Below the pieces are notes generated by a model. The model was not told the origin of the DNA and searched no databases. It saw only the letters and a list, made by a program, of their open reading frames with translations. The position numbers were made by a program, and so were the translations under genes. Source: Halocafeteria seosinensis (taxonomy: Eukaryota). Taken from it: a stretch of DNA of 37,239 nucleotides. Below, one piece after another: positions 1-11,000 of the stretch (positions within the stretch are counted from its first letter, which is position 1; every line of letters begins with the position of its first letter). The stretch lies in contig LVLI01000147.1 of assembly GCA_001687465.1 (NCBI GenBank), forward strand, positions 1 through 37,239. Reading direction: 5' to 3'.

Positions 1-465
1 ACGCAGAATGCCAGCTACACGCTTCGTCACTGGGGCAAGGTCGTCCACAACTTGTACGACAACACTCACGATTGATCCGNAACTCCTTCAAGTAGCTCCA
101 CGGCCCAGTCGTCACGGGATCAACCGAGGAGCGAGTCGTCGGCTCAAGAAGTAAATCGTTCCCAAGCTGCTACGCAGAATGCCAGCTACACAGCGACTTC
201 GTCACTGGCGCCAACGTCGTCCACAACTTGCACGACAACACCCACGATATCCGGAACTCCTTCAAGTAGCTCCACGGCCCTGTCGTCAGAAGTAAATCGT
301 TCCCAAGCTGCTACGCAGAATGCCAGCTACACAGCGACTTCGTCACTGGCGCCAACGTCGTCCACAACTTGCACGACAACACCCACGATATCCGGAACTC
401 CTTCAAGTAGCTCCACGGCCCAGTCGTCAGAAGTAAATCGTTCCCATGCTACTACGCAGAATGCC
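1..465 (+). repeat. 141-bp tandem repeat (about 3.1 copies; first copy degenerate with indels)
   Basis: The unit start acgcagaatgcc occurs at 1, 172, 313 and 454. The copies at 172-312 and 313-453 are near-identical, with spacing of exactly 141 nt (47 codons). Confidence 0.95.
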
Positions 466-570
466 ACACAACGGAAACGGGTTCCGCTGATACGATGTGG
501 TAGGCCAACTAGCAGACATGGCTTCAGAAAGCTTCGGGTTAACCGAAAAAGTACCCAGACCAATATTTAA
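172..570 (+). CDS. 3' part of a Ser/Thr-rich (mucin-like stalk) protein, possibly a pseudogene; 5' end upstream or degraded
   Basis: Open frame TQNASYTATSSLAPTSSTTCTTTPTISGTPSSSSTALSSEVNRSQAA x2, then NATQRKRVPLIRCGRPTSRHGFRKLRVNRKSTQTNI with a stop at 568-570. It is homologous to 23210-23517 with mostly synonymous differences in this frame. Confidence 0.45.
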   Translation, partial: TQNASYTATSSLAPTSSTTCTTTPTISGTPSSSSTALSSEVNRSQAATQNASYTATSSLAPTSSTTCTTTPTISGTPSSSSTAQSSEVNRSHATTQNATQRKRVPLIRCGRPTSRHGFRKLRVNRKSTQTNI

Positions 571-1359
571 CTACTGTATCGGTTGGACCCACATTTCCCC
601 TCTCAACTTGAAAAGGAAGTACTGTGGGGTACGCAGTACACCGGTACTAGGCAAAATTGGGGGATCACTACCAGTGAGGCAATACCTCTCTGGACACACG
701 TAACTGCAATTGGAAGTATCGGTACGCAGGCGTTATGGAGTCTGCGCGACAACCTGAAAGTCCTGCTGGCCGGCGAAGTTGTACAGCTGTACTCGGCTAA
801 TGTAGCGTCTGCGGCGGAAAAAGAAGACGAAGGAAGGACGAAATTGAAAGAACAAAATGTATGGAAAACAGAAAGGAGCGCTAACACTGTCCCTAACAGT
901 GTATTTGGAAAAGTGGAGCCAGTATCGTGTACATCCTAGGCTGCCACTGTTTCACTTTCACCACCCCAGGGATCTGGAATCCACAACAGCGTAGTGGGCC
1001 AACGTTGCCGCCACGGACACAGATGCAGATACTCTGTCTGCTACACGTACACGGAGAGGAAAGCAGGATCAGAACTCTTGGGTTTATGGTCTCTCGTGGC
1101 CAAGATGCCTATTTTCGGTAGCTCAAATCCGGAACTCTCTAAACGGGAGTGAAAGTGCGAGCCCTGTACCGCTATTTCCCTCACTTTGAGGGCGTCGTGG
1201 ATGTGGATATGTCATCCGCTCCAATCAAAACCAGGCAAGCGCCAAGCTATTGATGAAGGAATGCAACCGATGAATGAGATGCTTGGTGGTTTCCCTCCTC
1301 ACGTGCACTCACTGCACCTTCGATTCTGCTCTTTCCTAACACAATGTGCGTTGCAACAC

Positions 1360-3030
1360 TGCACCCCTGTGGTTCGCCCTATGCCTCAAAGATCCACTCA
1401 TGAAGGCAGCGGAGGTATACCCGGCGTGCACCATACGGCATCCCTAGATGACATTGTCATTTCGGGAGTGCCGTGCAGCATTCAACCTACTTCAGGAAGA
1501 ACTGCAGCTAATCGGACTGAAAACCAACACGAAGACGCAGGTCCTGGTCGCAGACGAGCCGACACATGCACGAAGACGAATAGAGCCCTATCATCCCACC
1601 GCAAAACATAGCACGACGATCGGACGGGACATGTATTGTAATTCTGGCAGTCCCGTACCGTAATGAACAATTTCAGGAAAACTATGTACGGAAAAGAACC
1701 ACACTTGATATGTAGCCCTAAATTGGCGTCATTGAAAGAAGCATGGAGAGTAGGACTAGAACAGCAGGCCACGATGAGACTATTGGCCAACTCAATCGCA
1801 AGACAACCCAACTACCGGCTTCGCACCCTCAACCCTGAGGTTAACAGAAAGGCCACTGGTAGAGTTCAACCAGGATATGGCCGACATGGTGCGCAAAGCG
1901 CTGTGGCAAGATGAGCTCCCGGCCCACATCGTTGCACGAGCCAAGTTGTCCTCGAAGGCAGGAGGACTGGAGATAGTCATCCCAAACCACGCAGCAGAAG
2001 CATCTCATGTCGCCGAGGCGACCAACGCATCAAAAACGATCCAACAAGTGGCAGGAGATGAGCAGGACCCCCTCGCGCAATACCGCAAGAAGACGCCGCC
2101 ATGGCTCGCGGAGACGCAGAACGCGCTACAGGAAACGATCGGACTCCCGGATGCGAACTCCGAAGGCCACTGGAGCAAATCGAAGCTACAGAAACACCTG
2201 GGCAAGATGTTGCAGAGAGTAGCTACACGGACTCTGAAAGGACGCTGAACCCACAGTAGAAAGCGTTACTGACAGCCTGCTAAGCGGACGGAGCAGCTGC
2301 ATGGCTATACGCAGCACCAAGGAAAGGGTTAACACTGACCGACACCGAGTACATGTAGCACTGCGCCGACCCCTAGGGTTCCCCCAAACTAACCTGCTTA
2401 CGGGGCCATGCGGTGAATGGTGCGGAGAAGGACCGATCGACGAGTTTCTGCACGACGCACTGGGGTGCGGCAAAGAAGAGCGCTACGCAAAGGATCCGCT
2501 GTCATGACGGGATCGCAGTGGAACTGGAGAACTACATCCGTATGAGTCACATGCCAGTGGGGAAGAGGTGCTCGTAGACCCGCGAAACGAAGGAGAAGCG
2601 AGGTCAGTAATGGACCTTGTAGCAAAGGGCCCAACGAGCACAGTTTATGTCGATGCGACAGTGCCAAACCCGCTCACGGGACACAGAGTAGCCAGGGCAG
2701 CGGGAAGACCCCTCACCATCGCGGCAGAAGCGGGCAAAATACGGACATCTGAGGGACCACCACACGGAAATTATCCCGTTCGCGATAGAGGGACGAGCGG
2801 CTTCGGGGAAGACGCGATCAAGTTCCTCAAGAGAATTGCCAGGAAAACACCGGGCTCCCGCTGGGGAACATGTGGAACTTTCGGAAGCTGATGAGAGCCA
2901 AACTGTCAGTCACGTTGATGCGCCACAACGTGAAGGTGTTGGAGCGGTTCCGGTTAGGGTTCACCCCGCACACGGCATAGCGTAGCCTGTAGCCTACTCG
3001 TCTTCCAGTAGTAGCAATACTAATACACAC
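1360..3030 (+). mobile_element. 5'-truncated, frameshifted CRE-like non-LTR retrotransposon (RT + CCHC knuckle + restriction-like endonuclease)
   Basis: Motifs lie in order across frames: APLWFALCL (RT4), ASLDDIVI (degenerate YLDD), LQLIGLKTNTKTQV, IVILAVP, QATMRLL..QPNYRLRTLNP, LSSKAGGLEI, CGEWC..LHDALGC (CCHC), RSVMDL..VYVDATVPNP (RLE), GFGEDAIKFLKRIA, AKLSVTLMRHN, with a stop at 2978-2980. Confidence 0.85.
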
Positions 3031-3032
3031 TC

Positions 3033-3590
3033 CAACATTTGTCCAATTTAAAGACACTGACTACAACTGTAACTATCTCGAAGAGTGCGTTTCAACACCT
3101 AATAACTCTACGGTATCGGGACTGCAGTCAAACGACTATTACGGATATTGCTTTTCAACATTTGTCCAATTGAAGTGCCTTGACATGTGTTTTGTTGGCT
3201 GCGATCACTCTAACATTACGAATTCTACGTTCCAGCATCTGTCGAACTTGAAGATTATGATGGGATGCAGTCATGACACTGTGACAAATTCTGCGTTCAG
3301 CCACTTGGCCAACTTGACATCCTTAAAAATGGGTGCATGTTGTCAATCAATCATTTCGGATTCTGCATTTCACCATCTTTCTGCTTTGAGATCATTGGCT
3401 AAGATGGACTGCAAGCAGCCGACGATATTGGATTCTTCTTTTGTCCATTTGCCTAAACTGACGCATTTGAATATGTTAGGATATCGCCAATCGTCCATAA
3501 CTGATTCTGCCTTCCAGTACCTGTCCAGTTTGCGATCGTTGCACATGCTTGATTGCAATCAGGACACGATAACTGATGCAGGTCTTTGCA
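3033..3590 (+). pseudogene. Leucine-rich repeat pseudogene fragment (about 25-aa LxxLxMxxCxQxxITDSAFxHLxx repeats)
   Basis: About 7 repeats, e.g. ITDIAFQHLSN, ITNSTFQHLSNL, ISDSAFHHLSAL, ITDSAFQYLSSL. There is a 1-nt frameshift near 3170 (tccaat|tgaag) and no start codon; it begins abruptly after the retroelement. Confidence 0.8.
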
Positions 3591-3701
3591 ATTTCGTATC
3601 ATGGAAAGCGAGAGTCATAGAGAACATACGAATGCTACCTGTGTTTTGTTCGGGGGAGGACTACTATGTCAACATTTCCAATGCACATGTTCGACGATAT
3701 T

Positions 3702-4751
3702 CTAGAACGAGGTTATTTCACATTCTTGGACCGATTTTGGATCTTCAGCCAATGTTCGGATGAACGCGCAGCTCCCTCGACTCCAATGTTCACTGGCTTC
3801 TAGAGGTGCTACTTTAGGGTATCCGCTTATGTTTACCACCTGAACGTCATTCTCCCTCGTGATTATTTTGTCATGAGCACTTCCGGCTACGTTTCCGCCT
3901 TCGGCAATTGTTAGGTCGACTACTATGGTGCCCGGTTGTAGCGTGTTCAAAGTATCTTCTGAAATCAATATGGGTGCTTTCTCTCCCGGCGACCGGGCTG
4001 CCGCGATGACTACATCAGCATCATGGATTTGTTCTCGAACTTGCTCTACCATGGATTCTAGCTGTTGATCTTTTGGAAAGTATATAGGTAGTCCGCCCTG
4101 TGACTCAATAATTTCCTTTTGCGAATTCCGGGTGTAGAAGGCATTCGCTGACACCCCATGTTGTCTGGCCGAAGTAAAGGCAGCTCTCCCTGCGGTTCCA
4201 AAACCGATGATGACTGCCTTGTTCGTTTCCTTATCTCGACGCTTCAATGCATCCTCAAAGGCCAGCCTTCCAGTCATCGTGCTCATGGCGGCTAAAATGT
4301 TGAGAGGATTGTCCGCCTTCACGTTGTTCAGTTGATCCACGCTGTATGCTTTAATTCCCTTGTCATAGTATTTCTGAACATGTTGACGGCCCGGTTCAAA
4401 GGGATCCAAAGCTCCAATAAGAATTGCCCCCGATTCCATCGCAGCTATCTCTTGTGGCTCCCGGTGAGGATCAGGGCGCTTCGCTCGAACAACAACGTTG
4501 ACTCCGTGGAACAATTCTCGCCATTGTGTTGCCGCTGAGCATGAGGTTTTCACAGACGACCGTATCGTCGCACCGGCTTCTTCGTATGCGGCATCCGAGT
4601 AACCTACGCCAACACCGGCTCCGGATTCCACAAACACGGTATGACCTAAGTTCACGAGCTGCTTCACTTCGCCGGGAAGCAATGCCACGCGCCGCTCGTT
4701 CGCACGCGTCTCCTTCACAAGAAGTATCTTGAACAACTGACACTCCGACAT
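3702..4751 (-). CDS. pntA: Stand-alone NAD(P) transhydrogenase alpha domain I / alanine dehydrogenase-fold protein (349 aa, intronless)
   Basis: KETRANERRVALLP, VFVESGAG..YSDAAYEEAGA, Rossmann IIGFGTAG, ADVVIAAARSPGEKAPILIS and VVDLTIAEGGNV are typical PntA domain I motifs. No transmembrane segments. Confidence 0.85.
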   Translation of the reverse strand: MSECQLFKILLVKETRANERRVALLPGEVKQLVNLGHTVFVESGAGVGVGYSDAAYEEAGATIRSSVKTSCSAATQWRELFHGVNVVVRAKRPDPHREPQEIAAMESGAILIGALDPFEPGRQHVQKYYDKGIKAYSVDQLNNVKADNPLNILAAMSTMTGRLAFEDALKRRDKETNKAVIIGFGTAGRAAFTSARQHGVSANAFYTRNSQKEIIESQGGLPIYFPKDQQLESMVEQVREQIHDADVVIAAARSPGEKAPILISEDTLNTLQPGTIVVDLTIAEGGNVAGSAHDKIITRENDVQVVNISGYPKVAPLEASEHWSRGSCAFIRTLAEDPKSVQECEITSF

Positions 4752-4864
4752 TTCGTCTCCTTCTTTTTCTGCGTTTCAACCAAACGATATATATATTTAT
4801 CACTCTTTTACAATGCGGACACATGTATGGTAAATGCTGCTCGATGGATTGGATTCCCACGTTG

Positions 4865-4888
4865 AAGTTGAAGTTGCAACTTCAACTT
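4865..4888. promoter_or_regulatory. 24-bp perfect palindrome in a divergent intergenic region (putative regulatory site)
   Basis: aagttgaagttgcaacttcaactt is its own reverse complement. It lies between the starts at 4751 (-) and 5045 (+). Function is inferred only. Confidence 0.35.
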
Positions 4889-5044
4889 AGTGCCGTAAGA
4901 TACGTATCTTTTAGTTTCATTCCATGTGTGTATGCCTTTGGATTGTTGATTCATTGGATACATTCAGATTTTGTAGTTTTCCATCGTGGACGTGTCTTTT
5001 TGGAACTGATCCGATTGCGGCAAAAGCGAAAATAGCCGCATAGA

Positions 5045-8000
5045 ATGTCTCGTTTTCCGCACTCGGATGGGTTGAGCGCATCGAGTCCAGGGCGTATACA
5101 CGATGATACAGCTCCTTCCCGTCGTGCTCCGGCTCCTCAGTACATGAGAAGCTTTGCTGGGGCTCCTGATCAGCGGCTGGGGAGTCCGGAGGTGTTTGAA
5201 AACATGGAATTGGAGTTCTTGGAGCGATTTGCGCTGGCGCATTCAGTACGTGTATATCGTGTATATCCATCCACTCTCCCATTTGATATCCCACATGGTG
5301 TATTTTGCAGAATGAAGAGCGGTTGGCAATTCTCCGTGAGAAAGCGCCGAGTAAACAGGAAGAAGCTGTGTTATTTGGAATCCTGTCCGAACTGGAAGGA
5401 TTCCCGGAGGAATTGGAGCAGGAAAGGCAGCGTCTGCTTGAGACCATGATGGTGGACCGAGGAGGATCTCCTTCTCGTCTTGGAAGCAGATTATTGTCCT
5501 CGTCGCAATCACCCTCGGACATCAAAAGTATGGATATGTTCACGTTTCGAAAGATGCTATTGGAACTTGACCTGGAGCAGCCGGCTGATTCCCAACCAAA
5601 TAAGGTATGATTAGTTTCTTTCTCGTCCAATTTCGTCATTTTTTCACAGCTTTGTGGGAATTCATTCATTGCTACGTCTCTCCTTGTTTCTTTCTGATGT
5701 GACCAGGACATTTTGGAATACTTGGCGCAAAAGGTGCTATCTTTGGATTTGCATTTACCCAAACCACCTCCTATCGCTAGTGTATGTATCGTATTATTGG
5801 TGGCTTTATTAACAACGCTAACAAGTTATCTTCACCAAAATCCTTCAACAGGTAAAGAGTTCTACTTCACAAAGCCACTTCCTCACCGAACTAGGAGATG
5901 AAAATGGTTTTGAGGAAGTGCTGCGAGCGCGCCTTGGCCTCAACAACTCAAACGTAACACCGGGAAGTCTGGTTCACCTTGGAGCTGACCTCTTACGCGA
6001 CTTCGTACGTGAAACCAACAATTAAGTCTGCTCGGAAACCCCAAATATATCATTGCAAGTTCTCTGTTGCAAGCAGAGAGTATATAATTATCTGCGCAAG
6101 CACGACTTATTAGACCTTTTGGCAGACCTTGTTGCCCAGCATGGAGTACCAGATTTCGCAGGGCATGATGAACGCAAGCATCTCATCAAAAAGGCATTGA
6201 AAAGCAAGTACGTATCCAGAGAAAGAGGTACATTGTGGACAACTTAATACTATGTGACCACGTGGTTCGAACAGGAACACAAGCGCGCTGGGTAATAAGC
6301 GATTCTACGAATCACTTACAAACAAGGAGCTGTATTCACTAGTGGAAGGATTTTCCATTACAGCGGTACGCATGATAGTATTGGTGGCATGTAACGTGGC
6401 GACGATGCTGTAACGTCATGTTTCATATCGATTCGTTGAGACAGAGCTTTAGCGGTGAAACTAAACGCATTCAGTCGGACAACGCCTATATCAATGCGCT
6501 TTTGTCCCGAATCCGCCTACCGTTTGGAAAGAGTATCACTGCAGAGGCTAAGGAACAATATGTTGACGATGTTTTGGAGATATGCTCTTCAATGTGCGAC
6601 AAGAATCACCAATTGCGGCTTATTGGCTTATATAATAAGCTACTATTGATGAGACACCGAAACTCTCCGATTGGAGAGAAGAAGAACTTCGTTCACGAAT
6701 TTATACACTTTCAGCGTGATTGGTATTTGCGATGTTATACCGAAGCAGCACTCCAGAAGAGAGATAAGTTTCAACGCTTCAACCTAACTGATCCAATGGC
6801 CAAGTCATATCTGAGTCAACCAAAGCCGGGAGAGGAACAGGAGTTGATTGAGAAAGGTACTGGTGTTGCGCTTTTACAAGTGTATGTGCGTCAACTTCCA
6901 TGTAGATTTGTGTTGCCGACTTCTGCAGAACTCATGGAAATACTTGGAGAGTCTACAGAAAAGAAAGTACAGGCCTTCACTAAGATTTTCGTGCCTGAGT
7001 ACTTGGTGAAGCTCCAGGCTGAAGCCAAACTACTTAGCGGCGCTTCCGACTATCAGTATTGGTTTCGCAAGTTCTCTTCTGATCAAAGAGAATTGGATCA
7101 GCTGAAGAGCAGAGTTGAGCTTCAATTTGCTGAGTACAATTCTGCGTATTTTGATGTTGAAAGTGATGTAACGCTTGATGTACGTGACTCATATGTATTT
7201 GGTTTTGATTCTGTTCGTTTCTAAGCGTGTTTGCTTTGTTTACATTTCAACAGATTGTATGCAAGAATACCCCCAAGTTGCAGGTATCCGTATATGAACT
7301 CAATTTGCCCAATTTTTATCTAGAAAACCAACAAGAACTGCGAACCGATATTGATTTGGATGGGTTGTTGCCGTACACGACTACCGAAATCGAAATCGAC
7401 TCCAGCCCGTGGGTACGAACGGTCCGATCGTTCCATGTGGAAGCAGCTTGTTCAGGAAAAATGGGAGCTTTTGTGATCGAGGTCAGTGGCAATGGGAAAT
7501 CGTGTCGTTCCATCCTACGTAAAGGGACGTTAAACTACATAAGTAGAAACACACACGACGGCATTGCGCTAAGCGTACTTGACTCAAGCAATTCTCCTAT
7601 TGATCCGGGAAACCTTATGATAAGGACGTTAGGCCGTACTATCTCAGGATTAGATTGCCGACGCACGGCTCAAGGGGAGATGCTGTTTGAGTCCCCATTA
7701 TCTGGCAACGATAATGAACCTACAGTGGTCCTATTGAAGTCTGCAAACAATGAGGAGGACTATTGCTTTGCTTCACTGTTTCATTTAAATTTTCCGGCGA
7801 AGAAGTATACCCTTTGCGCGTCCTCTTTCCTGGAGAAGTAAGTGTCTCTGTGCGTGCGAAGCAGTGTACACGTTTTATTTGAGGTGTATGCATTGACCAG
7901 AGAGATGACTATAACAGGGAAGGGCTCCTGTCGCTTATCGTTGCGTGCTCGAGCGTACCAATCTCAGTTTAGTGTCCCTGTTCCGACGGATCGTTTGAAG

Positions 8001-11000
8001 AATGCATCTGTAGCATGTAGATTGTAAGGATGGGCCTAAAGCTATAACTTGCGAGAACGCACTAGTCAGCACCAAGCGTGTGCTGCCACAATGCAGAGTG
8101 GATCTATCCGGAAGAGGAACAACGCAAATTTTCAATGATCTAACTTTCAGCGCAGACGAGGACACGGTTATTGAACTGGAACTGCCTCCTATGATAGCCA
8201 GAATAGAAGTGTCGTGCTCATGCCACGTAGAAGACTCTTCTGGTGGATTGCACGATAGTTCAAGTGCCGCCGACGTTCATCACTTATCGTCCTCCAAGGA
8301 AACGCACAGAATCCGCGATTTCTATTTAAAGTACTTCCCGGCTGATCAGCGCTTAGCAGATTCCGAATCCTCAGTAAAAGCTGGTTATCGTCTTTACTGT
8401 TTAGGGAAAAATGGAGAGGTTTATCCAGGTACCCGAATCAACGTGCAACCTTTATGTGTGGGAAGCCCTATCAACGGTAACTCATGTCTTCTTGAAACCA
8501 ACAACTATGGATTTGTTGCTTTAGGAGAGCTTGATGGATTCAACATGATCTCGGTCACACACACGGATAACACCTCTTTGTCTGTGAAATTGGCATTGTC
8601 TCTGGGACAACCCAAGCACGATTTTCCGCGGACTGCGTACGCTTTTGAAGGAAAAAATGCGCAACTCCGTGTGCCAGTACCAGTAAGCACCGCTGACAAT
8701 TCCAAAACCAGCGATATCGTCAAGGATAGATGTTCTCTGTCTCTTTTTGAAGTTTCAAGCAAACAGAAGAGAGACTCGGTGAACGAGTGCTTAGGTACTG
8801 ATTCACCTTTGAAGCTTCTTGACCAAAGTTCCAGAATCTCCATTGACGAGAACAGTCACATGCTCCAAGTGCACAAGCTTCCAGCTGGTATCTACTATCT
8901 TTGGATATTTGACACTGCAGTGTACCGACTTGAGCCAATCTTGGTGAAACTCATAGTATTTCCGTCCGCGATCAAGTCAGGTATTACCTCGAGCAACGCT
9001 CTGGAAACATTCACCCCTGAGCTGCTACAGCAGGCGCGGCTACTAGGTAGAGGGTTTCAATGTGGAGGCATTCAATTGACTTCTTGCGATGTTATAGGGA
9101 AAGACTTTGAGTCAGCTGAGGTGAAATTCGAGTGCTACTATATCAAGCAGTCTCCACGGCGTTGTAGAATAAGTGTGGCTGCACTGTGTCTTGAACCGGG
9201 CAAGAGCGGATTTGCTTCACTTGCGGGCTTAGGCTCGGGAGACGAAGATGCTGTCCCCGGAAGCTATGGCTCAGCGCCTTCGAAAACGGAATATGTTAAG
9301 TCGAGAGTGCTCGATGAAGAACAACGGTAAGTGCACATGAGGTTTTAATTCGATGAAACTTCGATATCTATTTGAATGTATTCGGTGGTTCCTGCAGGTA
9401 CATACTGTCCCGCAACGACCAAGTGGCTCGTCCAGGCTCAACCCTTTCTAGGCCGTCGCTGTTGATGAACCCGTTCGAAATTGGAGATGCCACTGTGTCA
9501 CGGAAGGAAGCGCAAGCTGGAACCGCATACGAATCGCGTCAAACTGGAGGCGGCGGTGGTGTTGCGCGTAGAAGAGCAGCGCGCTTGAGTGGTACTCGAA
9601 GAGCTTCCATGGATCAAAATAGCTCCTCATGTGAATTCCTACCTGGGAAGTGCTATGCACTTTTCAATTGTGAGCTTAATGAGGAGATTGCCCACGGAGG
9701 GTATACTAAGGGGAGTGTGACGCTACGAGCCAAGGATCTTCTGAAGAGCAGCAACTGTCCTGCATCAGCCTGCATTATGATCACAGACGGCCTTTCAAGT
9801 ATGTCATGTGTCTTATCGATATCATTTTCACAGGAGCGACAGCAGGAATCGCACCATCCTGCTGATCCACTGACGGCTACGTTCCGCGATGTGTCGTATC
9901 AATCCTCCCTTTCTTCAGACACGCACGTCGTGAGGAGACGCGTTACCAAGATTATCTCACCAGATGCAGTGCTGACTACGTATGGAGCAGATGACAATTC
10001 AGTTACCGAATTTGCTTGCACTACCGACGTAATGAGGTTCTTTAAAGCTCTGCATGAAGCTCTTGGTGTCACTTGTCAAGCCTCCTCGGAAGAAATTGAT
10101 ATTGAGCAGTTTTGTTTCCTTGCCAATTGGTCTGAGTTGAACGAAGGGAAGAAACGATTATTCTATATGTGCCACGCCTGCTTTGAGTTCAATCTTTTCC
10201 TTTTCAGGAAGGATCGTGATTTCTTCGAGCGTGAAGTACAGCCTCTCTTGCAGGCAAAGACGTCCAAAACAATCTTGGATCAGTACGTTTTGGGCATGGA
10301 TCTCAGCAAGTATACGACGGTTTCGAATTGGGATAGGCTGAATGCCGTGGAAAAATGCCTAGTCCTGGATTGGATGCGTGTGCAAGACTCTCAGTGCAGG
10401 GAGAAGGCTTTCCTCCTGGCCAATGATCTCCGGCAGGAGGCAGAAGCTAGGGCTGACGACAACACATCTAAAATTTACGACGTAAGTGGCCCTACAATGT
10501 CTTGATGTTGTGTGTAGCTAGCCAATCTATCATATTATTCTATGTGGTGCACTCTGTAGGTGGCCCTATTTCAAACCAGCGGAATTGTCTTAGAACAACG
10601 TCCTACAAACACCCAGCTCCCGAAGACGGGAGCGCCGTACGAGGTATACGCGGAACATGGATACTGTGGTATGCCAAATGCAGCTCCGGCTATTCAGACT
10701 ACTCACTTTTGGGCAGATCTAGCTTCCCATTGCGTGGAAAATAGTCTTGAGGCTACGTTCTTGTCCCCCAACTTTTGGGATATCGGCCTCGATCTCCACG
10801 AACAGTTGATTTGTTTGGCTGTTCTAGATGTTCCAACGGTGAAGCCGCGGTGTTACAAACATGCGTATCCTTCGAGAGGGCTGTTTGAATTTTCCTGTGA
10901 AGAACGATGTATTTGCATGTATCAGACTCTTGAAGAAGTTGAAGGATCACAGAGTTCAGTACTGGTGGTAAGTCTGGCGTCCGTTTTCTTCTGGATTGAA

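Noticed and set aside
1..465. Tandem repeats as a CRISPR array
   Set aside because: The units are contiguous 141-nt repeats with no unique spacers, there are no cas genes, and the context is eukaryotic.
1116..1175. tRNA or cobalamin-riboswitch resemblance (tagctcaa; gtgcgagccc)
   Set aside because: No cloverleaf, no TTC T-loop and no B12 box.
3591..3763. LRR ORF tail overlapping the 3' end of the PntA-like gene
   Set aside because: LRR periodicity stops near 3590; the rest is read-through of a pseudogene frame.
4917..5762. 281-aa minus-strand ORF
   Set aside because: It is antisense to exons 1-3 of the giant gene and has no recognisable motifs.
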